NCBI GenBank assembly: GCA_964187785.1
Contig: OZ076409.1
Span: 96,970,001 to 97,034,000, forward strand
From: Amphiscolops sp. MND2022
Lineage: Eukaryota
Reading direction: 5' to 3'
DNA: 64,000 nucleotides
Shown: positions 24,813 to 37,200 of the stretch, in pieces
How the letters are laid out: every line of letters begins with the position of its first letter
Position numbering within the stretch: position 1 is the first letter of the stretch
Program-made: the position numbers and the translations under genes
Notes under the pieces: model-generated
Database searches by the model: none
Seen by the model: only the letters and a program-made list of their open reading frames with translations
What the model was told of the DNA's origin: nothing

Positions 24813-24857
24813 TTCCAGAACAGCTAGTTCCACTTAACCTTAGCTGCATTTAGGAAA

Positions 24858-25090
24858 TTTAGGGGATTTTTTCCTTTTTTCCGGTTCTTTGAGTCTTTCT
24901 GCGCCTCTCTGATTACAGAAGAGCACAAATACTCGCCCGTCAAAAAATCTAAGGGAGGTATTTTCCGGTTTTTTGAGTTTCTCAGCCTCTCTGATTAGAG
25001 AAGAGCACAAATACTCGCCCGTCAAAAAATCTAAGGGAGGTTTTTTTCCGGTTTTTTGAGTTTTCTTAGCCTTTCTGATTAGAGGTTTCT
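24858..25090. repeat. ~83-bp tandem repeat, ~2.7 copies, in the leader of element C
   Basis: TTTTCCGGTT..TTGAGT..CTCTGATTAGAGAAGAGCACAAATACTCGCCCGTCAAAAAATCTAAGGGAGG repeated. Confidence 0.85.
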
Positions 25091-25456
25091 TTAAAAACTC
25101 CGGACAACAAGCGTACCACGTTTAGGCGCGGTTCGCCCTAGCGCTTTGTGTCTTCTATTGGAGTCGTCCAGTCCCGTCCTGGCTTTTGCAGCTTCGTCCT
25201 GATCAGGTAAGTACCTAAGGTAAAGCCAGTTCCGAATCGCCATCTAAGGTTCGGTTCGCCTAGCAGAAACCCGTTCGGTTCGTCCATTCCGCATTCATTG
25301 GCGTCATCGTCTTGCTTGTCAATAGCTCGGATTAGGTAAACAATACGCATCGTTCCTTTTCATCTCATTGACCATTGTGTTTTTCGCCGCTTCTAGCGTG
25401 TTCGTTCGGTCTCTATAGGTTCCGTGGGTTGTTTCCCATCAACAGCTACAGCAACG

Positions 25457-28400
25457 ATGGTCAATCCGAAGATAGCAACCCTCACCAACCAGTTCAAACT
25501 ACATGAATTGAAGTTCCGGAACGCATCCAATTACTTGGCATCTAGATTGGACTCCGACCAGAATCCTGCTCGTCTGCGTCAAAATCTTGCCCAGTTGCAA
25601 ACTATTGCATGCAGACTTGAAGAACTGGCCGAACAAATGTCAGCACACATGCCTCTTGAAGAATTGGAGCCATTTCTCCAGATTTCAGCCGACACCTCGC
25701 TTCAAATTCTACAAATCACTGACCAAATTGAAACCCTGTCAACGACAGAACTCACGCATGCCACTCACAGCCAACCTTCTCCAGGATTTACGGCAGTCCA
25801 ACTCAGATGCGACGAATTCACAACACCACCAGCAGCCACAGCACCCACAACTTCGACACACAGGGACAGCAGCAGATCCGACAGTCAACAACCCGCTTCT
25901 ACAGTCGCCACGAATCGAGAAGCCACTCACATCTTAGACATGACCGGAGACGAGCTCTCTCGTCATCTAGCCACTGTCGAAGACACAACACCTCCAATGA
26001 CACCCGACCGCCAGCAACATAACAACAGAGGTACACAACCAACAGACATCTCCACTACCGTCACCGACCTTGACAACGTACTCCAGCAACCAGAACCCTC
26101 AAGCTTTGGAAACAGCCTTCAACCGCAACACTGCACCAGCACAACTGGAAGGAGCTTAATAGCACCTCAACAACAAGCGACAATGCAAACCATACGACTT
26201 CCGCCACCGTTACCACCTCTTCTAGATCAACAAACTTTCAACAACCATTCCGAACAGCGTCATATCTCCAACAGCGACCAGCATTTTCAGCCCACAGTCG
26301 ACAACATGCTTCCCCAATTGATCTATACATCCAACTACCATCAACCAACCTTTGACACCTTTGTTACCCACAACCCTACATACCCGCCAACTGCCTACGA
26401 CATGAGGTCATACGAACCTCGTCACTTAACGCCTGCACAGCCACCTCCCAGCCACCCACAAGAACAACTACCGTTCACTCACTCCACTGGACAATTATTT
26501 AACCCCATACACAACCAATACAGTTTTTCGCAGCCCTGTACAGATGTACTTCACCCACATCAATCACAGCCAACTTACTCTACTACTATCCCGACAGCTA
26601 TACCTCATCGTATGATAGACCCGTCACATCAACTGATAGCAAACAACGCGATCTATCCTATACCACCACTGATCCCACAATCTACTATGATTGGACCTCC
26701 GGTACCACCTCCTCCATCAACTCTATTCATGAACGATTTCTCACGACAACAGATGACCCAAACCAACCTCCGACAGACAGCCAACACTGTGCAGCAGTAC
26801 TTTGGCACACCAACCATGCCAACCAGTGAAACCGTCTTCACAACTCAACCCCAGCACGGTACCAATATACCGACCGATAACAGCACCGCAACACAGCTAG
26901 AACCAACCAATACAGCACTCACACACAACCGCCCATTGGTGCAACCTCGACATACCTCAACTGCAGATGCCAACAATTCACCTGCTTGCATCAAATTACC
27001 ACCCATTCAAATTCCCAAGTTCAACGGTGATCCATTAGCATATCACGATTGGATCAATATCTTCAAAGCCACAGTTCACACCAATCACTCTATCACACAA
27101 ACACATCGTATCACCTACCTCCAAAATTCAGTCACCGGCCGAGCCAAGGACGTAATTCGTGGATACTCCTGTAACCCTGCATTCTACGATGTAGCCCTGG
27201 CTGAGCTCCACTCTCACTTTGGCTCACCGCAGCATGTCGTTAATGCTTACATCAGACGCTTGGAGTCTTGGTCACGCGTCTCATCACAGGATCCGCACAC
27301 TCTTGTGTCATTCACCACTTTCCTGAAGCAAATGGTACAGTCTTTTACCGATCTTCACTACACCGCCGACCTGCAATCCTCCACAGTTTTATCTATAGCA
27401 AAAGCTAAACTGCCACACAACCTTCTCACAAAATGGACTGAGTACACCGTAAAGTGTTCCATCGAAGTACCGACCCTACTTCATTTCCAACAATGGTTGG
27501 AAATTCAAGTCGCAGTTGTTGAAAAACTCCAGCCGTTCCTCTCCAAACATACCTCACACCAACCAGATAGCACTGAACGAGACTTCCATCGTCCAAAGCC
27601 ATCTACCTCAACTCCGAAAAAACAACGTTCCTGTCCCCTCTGCAACCAGTTGCACTTCATTGCTGCCTGTCCGCACTACCTCGAGGCATCTACCTCCGAC
27701 AAACTTGCGCTCGTCCGAAAACACCAACTTTGCTTCAACTGTCTTAGTTGTAGTCACCAGAAAAGTGACTGCCCATCCCGCAATCACTGTTTTGTCCCTG
27801 GATGCAGCGCATTGCACCATACATCGCTTCATCCCGTAGATAAAACCGCCCCTCGTTCCTCGCCAACCGTTCGCAGCGCCGACACATGTAAACCCTCCTC
27901 AAACTCCGGTCGCAGTAGCGACACGAGTCAACCCAGCACTCACGCTCAGAAACTTCAGCCATCAAACAACCTACAAACTAGCCGCCGTTCTCAACAGCCG
28001 AACCGCACGAAAAGTCCCCATTTCAACGCCACCGCTATGAATACCGATAACTCCAAACTACCCACCGATCTTTTGTCAGTTTTGCAAGTCATTCCCGTTT
28101 CAATCATGAATGGCAAACGCATCGTCGACACTTACGCTCTTATCGATCCCGGCAGCACGGGAACATACATCGTTGAGACCATAGCAAAATCTATAGATCT
28201 GAAGACCGATAGGAAGTTCAACATGAACGTTCAGTTCTTGAGTGCCTCTAAATCACTGCCTGTTTCTCGCACAAATTTCACAATTGCACCATACGCTGAC
28301 AACGAAAAGACATTTTCGGTTCAGAATGCATTCTGTACTGACCATATCAATCTCCCCCCAGCTGACACTGACGAACTTAACACAATTTGCCAATCCTCAC

Positions 28401-31400
28401 CTCACTTGCGTCACATCAAGTTCCCGGATATCAATAACGGACACATCGGAGTTCTTCTCGGAACCGCCTGTATATCCTTCACCTATGCCCTTGAATGGAT
28501 CCGAGGCTCTGCCAACTACCCTTCTGGGATCCGAACCGAGCTTGGATGGACAATTGCTGGCGAGTTCCATGTTCCACGAAGAAAGAACAGCCGTCCGATC
28601 AATTCTCTCATTTTTTACGCAACCGCTAATCTTAGTCCCGAACAATCCCTCTTCGCATCGCCCGACGTCGATTTTCTCCAACATTTCTGGAATATAGAAA
28701 AAACCGCCGTTGAACCGCAAGTTCAACAAACCGTGAACGAAAAAGAGCAGCAAGCTCTTCGAACCCTTCAAGACACGATTCGCCATACAGGCGAACGTTA
28801 CGAAATTGGTCTCCCTTGGAAACCTGACGCCTCCCTCCCAAACAACTACTTCGCTGCATTGAGCCAGCTTCGCAGCCTTCAAAAGCGCTCGAAAGGAAAA
28901 CCAGAAACACTCCAGAAGTTCAACTCGACAATCGAAAGCGATCTACAGAAAAACTACATCGCACCAGTCATCATGACTCACCCACCGCCTGAACACATTT
29001 GGTACCTTCCAACCCATCCCGTCGAAAACCCCAACAAGCCAGGAAAAGTGCGCCGCGTGGCCAATGCAGCATCGATGTTCAAAGGAACATCCCTAAATGA
29101 CAATCTCCTCACAGGACCTGACCTGCTCACAGACCTCCTCGAGCTGATTCTTCGCTTCCGCGAACACGCCATTGGCGTCTTAGCAGATATCGAAGGCATG
29201 TTTATGCAAATCGCCATCCGACCAGAAGATCAATCAGCCTTGCGTTTCCTTTGGCTGGAGGACGACCTCGTCCGCCAATATCAATACACCCGATTGATAT
29301 TTGGTGCCAATTGTTCCCCATGTTGTGCCATTTTCACCCTCCGGAAATGTTCCTTTGACAATTCCGATCAGTTCCCGCACGTACATGCCAGTGTACTCAA
29401 AGACTTCTACATGGATGACTTCATCAAGTCATTCCGAACAGTTGCAGATGCCCGACAACTTACAACCGACCTACGAACCGTCTTAGCTAGAGGTGGCTTC
29501 CGCCTCACTAAGTTCGCATCCAACAATTCTTCAGCCCTAGATCACCTTCCCGAAACCGAAAAAGAAACACCTGTTGAGACTAAACGAGTCCTTGGTCAAA
29601 ACTGGTCGTTGAACGACGACACCTACTACGCCCCGCCGCCAAAACCCGTTACGACACCATCAACGTTACGCCAACTGTTCAGTCTCGTGTCTTCTATTTT
29701 CGACCCCATTGGCCTACTCGCACCTTTCGTCATTAAACTCAAAATAATTATTCAGTCACTCTGGAAACGTGGTCAGAGTTGGGATCAACAGATTCCCGAT
29801 GACATTCAGCCGATCGTTGGCAAACTCGTCGCACAGTATCGCCAAATTCCTCACATCGCCGTCCCACGCCGCATTTTTCGATCAACGACGCCAGTTGATC
29901 TGCACGTTTTTACGGATGCCTCTATTTCTGCTTTTGCTGTCGTCATTTACGCCCGTCAACTGGATACCTCCGCCGACACCGTCAATCTCACCTTCGTCCT
30001 CGGAAAGAGCCGCGTAGCCCCCATCAAACAACAAAGTGTTCCCAAGCTGGAACTTCAAGCCGCCGTTCTAGGAGTCCGTTTACTCCAAACCGTACGTAAA
30101 GCCTTCGCCACACAGTTTCAATCCGTTACTTTTTGGACCGACAGTTGTGTGGTCCTCGATTGGATCCAATCCCGCAACAAATTGAAGAGTTTTGTCGCCA
30201 ACAGAGTCGACGAAATCAGACAATCGACATCTCCAGTTGACTGGAGATATGTACCAACCGAATCGAACCCAGCCGATCATGGCACGAGAGGTTTTAAACC
30301 CGACGCTATCCAACAGAAATGGACTCGACCCCCTCCATTTTTGGCCCAACCACCGCATAAATGGCCGCAACGCCGCCCTCTTCCGCCCGCCAATAGTATT
30401 TGCGCCGCCGCTAAAGCAAAACTTCAATCCGTTCTTCTGAATGTTAATCGATTTTCCTCTTGGATTCGTCTCCTTCGCTCAACCGCTCAAGTGTTCCGTT
30501 TCGTCCGCCGCCTCCGCCATCGCTCGTCTGACCACAGTCTCATCACCGATGACTTTCAACGCGCCCAGCACCTGCTTTTCCGACAATCGCAAATTGAGTC
30601 GTTTCCCTCCACGATAGCTCAATTGCATAGTGAAGAAAGTCTTTCATCGAAAGACAAACTTTTACCATACAGCCCAGTTTTGGACGAACACGCCGTTCTG
30701 CGCTCCGCCGGTCGCCTCCAGTACGCTCCTCTTCCTTCTTCGACACGCATTCCGATCGTTTTAGACGCCCGCAATCGCATCGTACAGCTCCTCTTACAAC
30801 ATTATCACGCCGTCTGTCATCACGCCGGACCAGAATACGTCAAAGCGTTTCTCCAGCAGCGTTTTTTGATTTTCGGTGTCCGTTGTGCGTTGCGCACACT
30901 GAGTCACAGATGCTTCACTTGTCGTCGTTTCCGCGCGCAAAACGTAGAACCCAAAATGGCCCCACTTCCGTCATACCGTTTTCCGAGCACCGATCAACCG
31001 TTCCCGTTCGAAAAAACTGGAGTTGATGTTTTCGGTCCCTTTTTCATCGTCAATGGCCGAAAAACCGATAAACACTATGGCATCATCTTTAACTGTCTAG
31101 TCACGCGAGCTTGCCATTTAGAACCGTGTCCTTCTCTTACAACCGACAGTTTCTTGAACGCCTTTCGACGATTCCTCGCTAGACGGGGACAACCACGCCT
31201 TTTGCGTTCCGACAATGGAACCAACTTTATTGGTGCCCGTCGTTCTCTCCAAGACAGCTTGAACGAAGGAATTCGTTATTCCAAAGACAAAATCCCGCAA
31301 GCTGCCGATATACAATGGGATTTCAACCCACCGTTAGCCCCGCATTTCGGTGGAGCATGGGAGAGGATGATCCAGACAGCCAAGCGAACTCTTTTGATCA

Positions 31401-31900
31401 TCCTGGGATCACAGAAGCTCACTTTGGATTTCTTCACCACTATTTTAGCAGAAACAGAGCTGATGCTGAATTCCCGCCCACTCACTCATGTTGCCGATCA
31501 GCCGGAAAATGAAGAACCACTAACGCCCAACCACTTCCTACTGCATCGACCCTATGCCAACCTACCTCCTGGAGTTTTTGACAGCTCTGAGCAGCCGCTT
31601 TCATTTAAATCTTGGAAAGAAATTCAGAAGATGACAAACCACATATGGAAGAGGTTGCTGAAAGAATACCTCCCTACTCTTCATCCTCGAGGGAAGTGGT
31701 CGACTGCCCAACCTCAGCTACAAGTAGGTGATCTTGTCTGGATTCTACGCGATTTTACACCTCGTGGAATATGGCCTCTTGGACGAATCACAGCTACCCA
31801 CCCTGGGCGAGATGGAGTTGTCCGTGTCTGTACAGTCAAGACAACCTACGGAACCTTCGATCGGCCCGCCGTTTCGCTGTCTCGCGTTTTCGCCCCGTGA
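25457..31900 (+). CDS. BEL/Pao Gag-Pol polyprotein (~2147 aa)
   Basis: BEL gag core KLPPIQIPKFNGD; three Cys/His knuckles; protease LIDPGS; RT FYMDD; RNase H VFTDAS; integrase HH..CFTC, GVDVFGP, SDNGTNF, GAWERM. Confidence 0.96.
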   Translation: MVNPKIATLTNQFKLHELKFRNASNYLASRLDSDQNPARLRQNLAQLQTIACRLEELAEQMSAHMPLEELEPFLQISADTSLQILQITDQIETLSTTELTHATHSQPSPGFTAVQLRCDEFTTPPAATAPTTSTHRDSSRSDSQQPASTVATNREATHILDMTGDELSRHLATVEDTTPPMTPDRQQHNNRGTQPTDISTTVTDLDNVLQQPEPSSFGNSLQPQHCTSTTGRSLIAPQQQATMQTIRLPPPLPPLLDQQTFNNHSEQRHISNSDQHFQPTVDNMLPQLIYTSNYHQPTFDTFVTHNPTYPPTAYDMRSYEPRHLTPAQPPPSHPQEQLPFTHSTGQLFNPIHNQYSFSQPCTDVLHPHQSQPTYSTTIPTAIPHRMIDPSHQLIANNAIYPIPPLIPQSTMIGPPVPPPPSTLFMNDFSRQQMTQTNLRQTANTVQQYFGTPTMPTSETVFTTQPQHGTNIPTDNSTATQLEPTNTALTHNRPLVQPRHTSTADANNSPACIKLPPIQIPKFNGDPLAYHDWINIFKATVHTNHSITQTHRITYLQNSVTGRAKDVIRGYSCNPAFYDVALAELHSHFGSPQHVVNAYIRRLESWSRVSSQDPHTLVSFTTFLKQMVQSFTDLHYTADLQSSTVLSIAKAKLPHNLLTKWTEYTVKCSIEVPTLLHFQQWLEIQVAVVEKLQPFLSKHTSHQPDSTERDFHRPKPSTSTPKKQRSCPLCNQLHFIAACPHYLEASTSDKLALVRKHQLCFNCLSCSHQKSDCPSRNHCFVPGCSALHHTSLHPVDKTAPRSSPTVRSADTCKPSSNSGRSSDTSQPSTHAQKLQPSNNLQTSRRSQQPNRTKSPHFNATAMNTDNSKLPTDLLSVLQVIPVSIMNGKRIVDTYALIDPGSTGTYIVETIAKSIDLKTDRKFNMNVQFLSASKSLPVSRTNFTIAPYADNEKTFSVQNAFCTDHINLPPADTDELNTICQSSPHLRHIKFPDINNGHIGVLLGTACISFTYALEWIRGSANYPSGIRTELGWTIAGEFHVPRRKNSRPINSLIFYATANLSPEQSLFASPDVDFLQHFWNIEKTAVEPQVQQTVNEKEQQALRTLQDTIRHTGERYEIGLPWKPDASLPNNYFAALSQLRSLQKRSKGKPETLQKFNSTIESDLQKNYIAPVIMTHPPPEHIWYLPTHPVENPNKPGKVRRVANAASMFKGTSLNDNLLTGPDLLTDLLELILRFREHAIGVLADIEGMFMQIAIRPEDQSALRFLWLEDDLVRQYQYTRLIFGANCSPCCAIFTLRKCSFDNSDQFPHVHASVLKDFYMDDFIKSFRTVADARQLTTDLRTVLARGGFRLTKFASNNSSALDHLPETEKETPVETKRVLGQNWSLNDDTYYAPPPKPVTTPSTLRQLFSLVSSIFDPIGLLAPFVIKLKIIIQSLWKRGQSWDQQIPDDIQPIVGKLVAQYRQIPHIAVPRRIFRSTTPVDLHVFTDASISAFAVVIYARQLDTSADTVNLTFVLGKSRVAPIKQQSVPKLELQAAVLGVRLLQTVRKAFATQFQSVTFWTDSCVVLDWIQSRNKLKSFVANRVDEIRQSTSPVDWRYVPTESNPADHGTRGFKPDAIQQKWTRPPPFLAQPPHKWPQRRPLPPANSICAAAKAKLQSVLLNVNRFSSWIRLLRSTAQVFRFVRRLRHRSSDHSLITDDFQRAQHLLFRQSQIESFPSTIAQLHSEESLSSKDKLLPYSPVLDEHAVLRSAGRLQYAPLPSSTRIPIVLDARNRIVQLLLQHYHAVCHHAGPEYVKAFLQQRFLIFGVRCALRTLSHRCFTCRRFRAQNVEPKMAPLPSYRFPSTDQPFPFEKTGVDVFGPFFIVNGRKTDKHYGIIFNCLVTRACHLEPCPSLTTDSFLNAFRRFLARRGQPRLLRSDNGTNFIGARRSLQDSLNEGIRYSKDKIPQAADIQWDFNPPLAPHFGGAWERMIQTAKRTLLIILGSQKLTLDFFTTILAETELMLNSRPLTHVADQPENEEPLTPNHFLLHRPYANLPPGVFDSSEQPLSFKSWKEIQKMTNHIWKRLLKEYLPTLHPRGKWSTAQPQLQVGDLVWILRDFTPRGIWPLGRITATHPGRDGVVRVCTVKTTYGTFDRPAVSLSRVFAP

Positions 31901-31990
31901 CGGTTCGCTCCGCGACGCTACGCATCATCTTTTTCTCCTTAGCCGCTACGTGCCCCCCTTCTTCTTCTTTGCAGCTAAGGGGGTGGAGCA

Positions 31991-32138
31991 TGTCACTGAA
32001 GTGACTCATAACTTCACTAAACTAACTGAAGTGTTTCACGATTTTATATATAATACTTTTTGACTTCCATTGAGTTGTGTTCTCACTGAGAATGAGAACC
32101 ATTGATAATATAAGAATTGAAAGACTCTTTCTCTTATA
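31991..32138 (+). repeat. 3' LTR of element C
   Basis: Identical to the 5' LTR; followed by TSD GCGTT. Confidence 0.95.
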
Positions 32139-32719
32139 GCGTTTCTGGCAATTCCGTTTTTTTTTCACGTCAGTGGTCACTTCGAAGTTTTCTCTTTCAT
32201 ATCAGATCTAATGTGACCAAAGGGGATAAAACTGGATTACTATGCATATCAAAAACGTTCTGCAATCCGGTTTTTCAAAAAGCTCAGATTTCGGCGTCAA
32301 AACGTTAAAGCCGAACAGAGTACGATCATCAAAGATTAGATACTTCTGTGATGTTGATACAAAAGCGCTTGAAGACTTTCATCACCACAGAATTCTTTGC
32401 AAAGGCCTTTAGAGCTCATTTGAGTTTTGTCCTAAACCAAAATACAGACCTTTTCTCAAGGAAAAATGAGGCAACGTTTCGCAGTCTTGTTCAAATTTTC
32501 GATAGAGAAACTGCAGCGGAGCTCATGTTTTTCCATACATGGTTTTTGGGAGCCCCAGGCATGGCAATATTGGAAAAATGGGAAATTGTAAGCCTCCAAG
32601 AAAACATCACGAAACAATGTCGAGACTCTAGGAAGCCAGAATTTTATTGATATTGTTTCATTCCCTCTGCGGAAGCAAATAATCAACGTGAACTCTGATG
32701 ACCGAAAACATCATACCAG

Positions 32720-33301
32720 ACTAGGTGAACCTAAAAAACGGAACGCACGAAAATTTTGCTCTTCAAAATTGTAATATTTGTAAACAGAAAGAAAATTGTC
32801 CAGTCAATCTTTCAAACCTGAGCTCCCATTACGTAATCAAATCTTCAACAGAAGATGATGATTTGAACACTCGGCGAAATTCTAGACATCTTTACCAGTC
32901 ACTTTATTCGCACTTCTGATGTGCGAAAGTTCTTTGACCCTCGAATGTGTGAGAGCAATGTGGTCAAATTGAATGATTGACAAGCTGAACTTCAGCGTTT
33001 AAAGTTGTTTTGAAACATTTTGTTGACAAATATTTGAAACTTTGCAATTCAGCCTGTTAGTCATTCAGTTTGACGTCTATTCTTCGAAGCCAAGAAACTT
33101 TCACACATCACAAGTGTGAACAAAATGTCTGGTGAAGACGTCTACACTTTTTCTGAGTTGCGCATCATTTTTTGAAGTTTTGAATTCAAAATGAGGGGAT
33201 GATTGACAGGAAAGTGAAAGATTGTCATTGTCTTGTTTACAAATTTTACGATTTTGAAGAGTGAATATTTCGTGCGTTCCGTTTTTGTCGGTTCATCTAG
33301 T
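32720..33301. mobile_element. Foldback MITE with long imperfect inverted arms
   Basis: CTAGGTGAACC..AAAAACGGAACGCACGAAA.. versus ..TTTCGTGCGTTCCGTTTTT..GGTTCATCTAG; arm similarity continues >200 bp inward. Confidence 0.7.
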
Positions 33302-33715
33302 AAATACCGTTTCTCTTATTCATAGTGATCTTCAATCAATATTTTTTATAATCAATATTTCTTCAATCAATATATCAAATATGTTTCATATTCTCCATTT
33401 CAACATATGAAAATTTTTGGTGTTAAGACAAGCAGTCGTCTGCAAAAATCTCATCAAATTCTTTTCCCCCAGTAAACTCTACGGCTTCGAAGAAATGGAT
33501 GTACAAAAGTATCCGTAATTTAATTTTCGGCGGTAAAAACTAACAATTTACCAGTTATAAATCAATCAAGATCTAAACGGGAAACAAATTGCGACAAGGA
33601 ACCCACACTGGGACAGAATTCGGTTTGTCATGGGCTCCGATGATAGGAAATCTGATGCGCGTCAATATTCATTGTGCAAATCCTGACGAATATATGGAAA
33701 TAGGTAATTGGATAT

Positions 33716-34093
33716 TGAAATTACTATAGAGTTAGCTGCTCTATAGATCGTTTTGAGAGTCAAAAATAAGGATGATCAATAGTGTATTATTCAACTGAAG
33801 TTTTTTGCGGCCGTATGTTTTTCAGAACATTCGAATAATATAAATGAAGAATCGAAAAGATCAATATAATATTTGTCAAAATTCAAATTAACATAAAGAG
33901 TAGCATCAGAGTGGTAAATATTTGCAAACAATATTTCGTAGCAAGGCCTTTTTCGTATTCGAATATTCAAATACTTTCTAGAATATTCTCGAACTTTTTA
34001 CGATCAACGAATGTTCTAGAATATTCCAATTATATTTCCAAAGCACGCAAATGAGTGACGTCTATTTGCTTTTAATCTTATTGCTTGTCAACA
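33716..34093 (-). repeat. 3' LTR of element E
   Basis: Matches 42636-43013. Confidence 0.95.
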
Positions 34094-34240
34094 TCCTCCG
34101 GGCCCAAGAAGATGTGGAGAAATGAATTAATCGAAAACTTTTTCCAAAATTATTTTATTTTATTTTTTTTTCATACATGTTACATGAAATATAAGAATTT
34201 ACGGTAAACGAAACAAAAACAAAATAATAGAGTTTCTAGT

Positions 34241-37200
34241 TTATTCGGGAATGGGGAGAACGGGAGCGAGCTTGACAACTGGGCGAACACGGTTTCCGGT
34301 AGAGGTCTTGATTTCAGCTGAACGGGCGATGGCGTCGGTGCCGTAGTTTAACTTCACTACACGACCAAGTGGGTAGTGTCCTCTTGGAGCGGTAGGTTCG
34401 ACTAGCCAAACGAGATCTCCGGTCTTCAGATCTCGGTCTGACGACTTGGACCATTTCGAGCGACGGTTAAGGTTTGGAACGTACTCCTTGAGCCAACGAT
34501 TCCAAATTGCGTCTGAATACACTTGAGCTCGAATACATCGCTTTCGATGGTCTATTTCGGGGCGGAAGTGTGATGGCAAGGTTGAACTAGCGGTTCCCAG
34601 TAGAAAATGGTTTGGTGTAAGAGCGTCGAGGTCCGTAGCTTCAGGACTAACAGGAGTAATTGGACGAGCATTGAGACACTGTTCCACCAAGCAGAACGTT
34701 GTCGTCAAAATTTCATCCGTCAAACGGCGGTTTCCTAAAATGGCATAGAATACGTGCTTGAAGCTACGAACTAGGCGCTCCCAAACGCCTCCGTGGTGCG
34801 GAGCGCTTGGTGGGTTAAACTTCCACTTAATCCCCTTCTTGACGAGCGCATCGCTGACAGTTCGTTGGTTCCAATTGTTGATGTTGGACAGTAGTTCTTT
34901 CTCGGTAGCAACGAAGTTTGTCCCGTTGTCGGACCAGATTACTGATGGGATGCCACGACGGGCGCAAAATCTTTCTATTCCCACCACGCAGCTGCTAGTG
35001 TCCATGCTAGGAACTACTTCAAAGTGAACCGCGCGAGTCGTTAGACATGTGAAAAGGAAACCCCAACGTTTTTCAGTGGACCGCCTCACGGTTACAAAGA
35101 AGGGTCCAAAATAGTCCACACCAGTGTTCGCGCAAGGGGGTTCTTTGAAAGCAAGTCTTTCTCGCGGGAGGTCCGCCATCACTGGAGTAACAGTTTCAGC
35201 TCTTCGCTTACGGCAAGTGACACACCTCGAAACTATTGTTCTCAAAGTTGCTCGCAGTTTGATCACGGCAAGACGTTGCTGTATCAAAGCGCGGAGGTAG
35301 TCAACGCCTTGATGACAATGTCGGACGTGCGTGTGTTCCAACAAGAGTCGAACCAAGGGATGTCGGGCGTCCAAAAGAATGGGGTACTTCACATCGAATG
35401 TTGCACAGTCAAGGTTTCTTGTTCGACCAGAGGTTCTGAGGAGCCCGTTGGGTCCTATAAAGGGAGAAAATTGGGCAAGTTTGGAAGTTTTACTGAGCGG
35501 AGTTGACTTCAGCAAATTACTTCTTTCAACTTGGATTGATTCTGCCTGAGTCAGGTAGAAAAGACGTTGTTCGGCATTATCAAGTTCGGCCGGATCCATA
35601 ATGGCACCTGTGTCTGTCCTGTATTCGCTGTTTCTTGGTAAGAGCCGCAAAACATAGGCTGCAATGCTCAGGAGTTTCTCGTATGAGCAATACTTCTGCC
35701 ACTCGAAAGTTTTTGCAATTGCAACTTGGGTTTCGCACAGTATTGACGAAGAGTCTGTAACTAGTTTGTCAGTCGGATCCGGTTTCACTTGTTTCAGTTT
35801 CTGTCGGAAGTCTTCAGATGGCCTGAAGGGCCATTGGTTTGTTTTCAAGAAGTCGGGGCCTTTTAACCAACTACTTTGCAGGAGCGTCTCGGCAGACAAA
35901 CCTCTAGTTCCGGTGTCAGCAGGGTTGTCGGCGGATCGAACATGGTACCACTCATCTGCAGTTGTAAGTTCGAGTATCTCTGCAACACGGTTTGCAACGA
36001 ACACCGGCTGTTTCTCAAGAGAATGTAGCCACTGAAGGACCGTAGTACCGTCACTCCACATAAATGTTCTTTCAATGTGCAAAGTGAGCGCGCGTTGCAC
36101 TTCATTTCTCAATCTTGCGGCGAGCAGTGCGGCCTGCAGTTCGAGTTTCGGGATTGTCAGCGCTTTCATTGGTGCAACTCGTGCTTTGCCAAGCACAAAG
36201 GCTAATTCGGTTGAACTTCCATTTCCAGTGTTAACTTTCCCTCTGAGGAAGGCTACGGCACTAAAGACATCTTGCGAACTGTCACCAAACATATGTAACT
36301 CCAGACACTCGATCTTTTGTTGGAAGTAACTTCTTGGAATCACGAGTTCACTTAGAGTTCCCAATTCAGAGCTCCAGTCAAGAAACTTGGTTACAATGCT
36401 CTCCGGGAGAAGGTCATCCCATTTCTGGCCGCTCAGTCTCCATATGTCCTTCAGCAGGAGTCGGGCTTTCACGGTGTACAGGGCTACGAGCCCAATGGGA
36501 TCGTAGACGGCGGAGACGAGGCTGAGGACAACTCGTTGAGTAACTGTTCTGTTTGTGTCAGGAGAGGTGCCTCGACTGACAACAAGTGTATCCGAGTCGT
36601 GGTTCCATTTGAGGCCAAGTACGTGCGATGATTCCTCAGTTGTCGGTAACTGTTTACCATCGTTGGGTTGACGCTCAGAATTTGGTTCGATTTGTTGCAA
36701 GATGTTTCGGTCGTTAGACACGAATTTCGTTAGATTGAATCCACCTAGCGAAAGCAATTTCACTAATTCTTTAGCTTTCTCGGTAGCTTCGTGAGCAGTG
36801 GAACTAGACTCGAGGTAGTCGTCCATGTAGAAGTTCGTCTGCACGCTTTGAGCGGCTTTCGAAAATTTGTCGGCATTGTCGGTTGCGGTCCTCTTCAGAG
36901 CGTAATTTGCGCAAGTCGGAGAGTCCTTCGACCCAAAGATGTGTCTCACGTACTGAAAAACAGCAACTTCAGTTGATGGATCCTCCCGCCACAAAAAACG
37001 AATGGACGGTTGGTCTTTCGGTATAACTCCCACTTGTAAGAACATGCCTTCAATGTCGGCGGACATGGCCTTGGGGAATTGACGGAATCTGAAGAGGATA
37101 TGGATCAAACTTTGGAGTAGATCCGGACCGGTTAGAAGGGCGTTGTTCAAAGAGTGTCCATGGAACTTTGCAGCACCATTGAGAACTCTTCTCACTTTGC

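Larger units (their letters stand above)
23785..32138 (+). mobile_element. Intact, young BEL/Pao LTR retrotransposon (element C, 8.35 kb)
   Basis: Identical 148-bp LTRs; TSD GCGTT; PBS TGGCGCTCCTGGGT (23937-23950, tRNA-Asn-like, tentative); purine tract AAGGGGGTGGAG before 31991; single open polyprotein. Confidence 0.97.

Noticed and set aside
24019..24853. Five overlapping 150-276-aa ORFs
   Set aside because: By-product of a stop-poor minisatellite; no unique coding signal
24038..25090. CRISPR-like appearance of the repeats
   Set aside because: Tandem units without unique spacers, no cas genes, eukaryotic context
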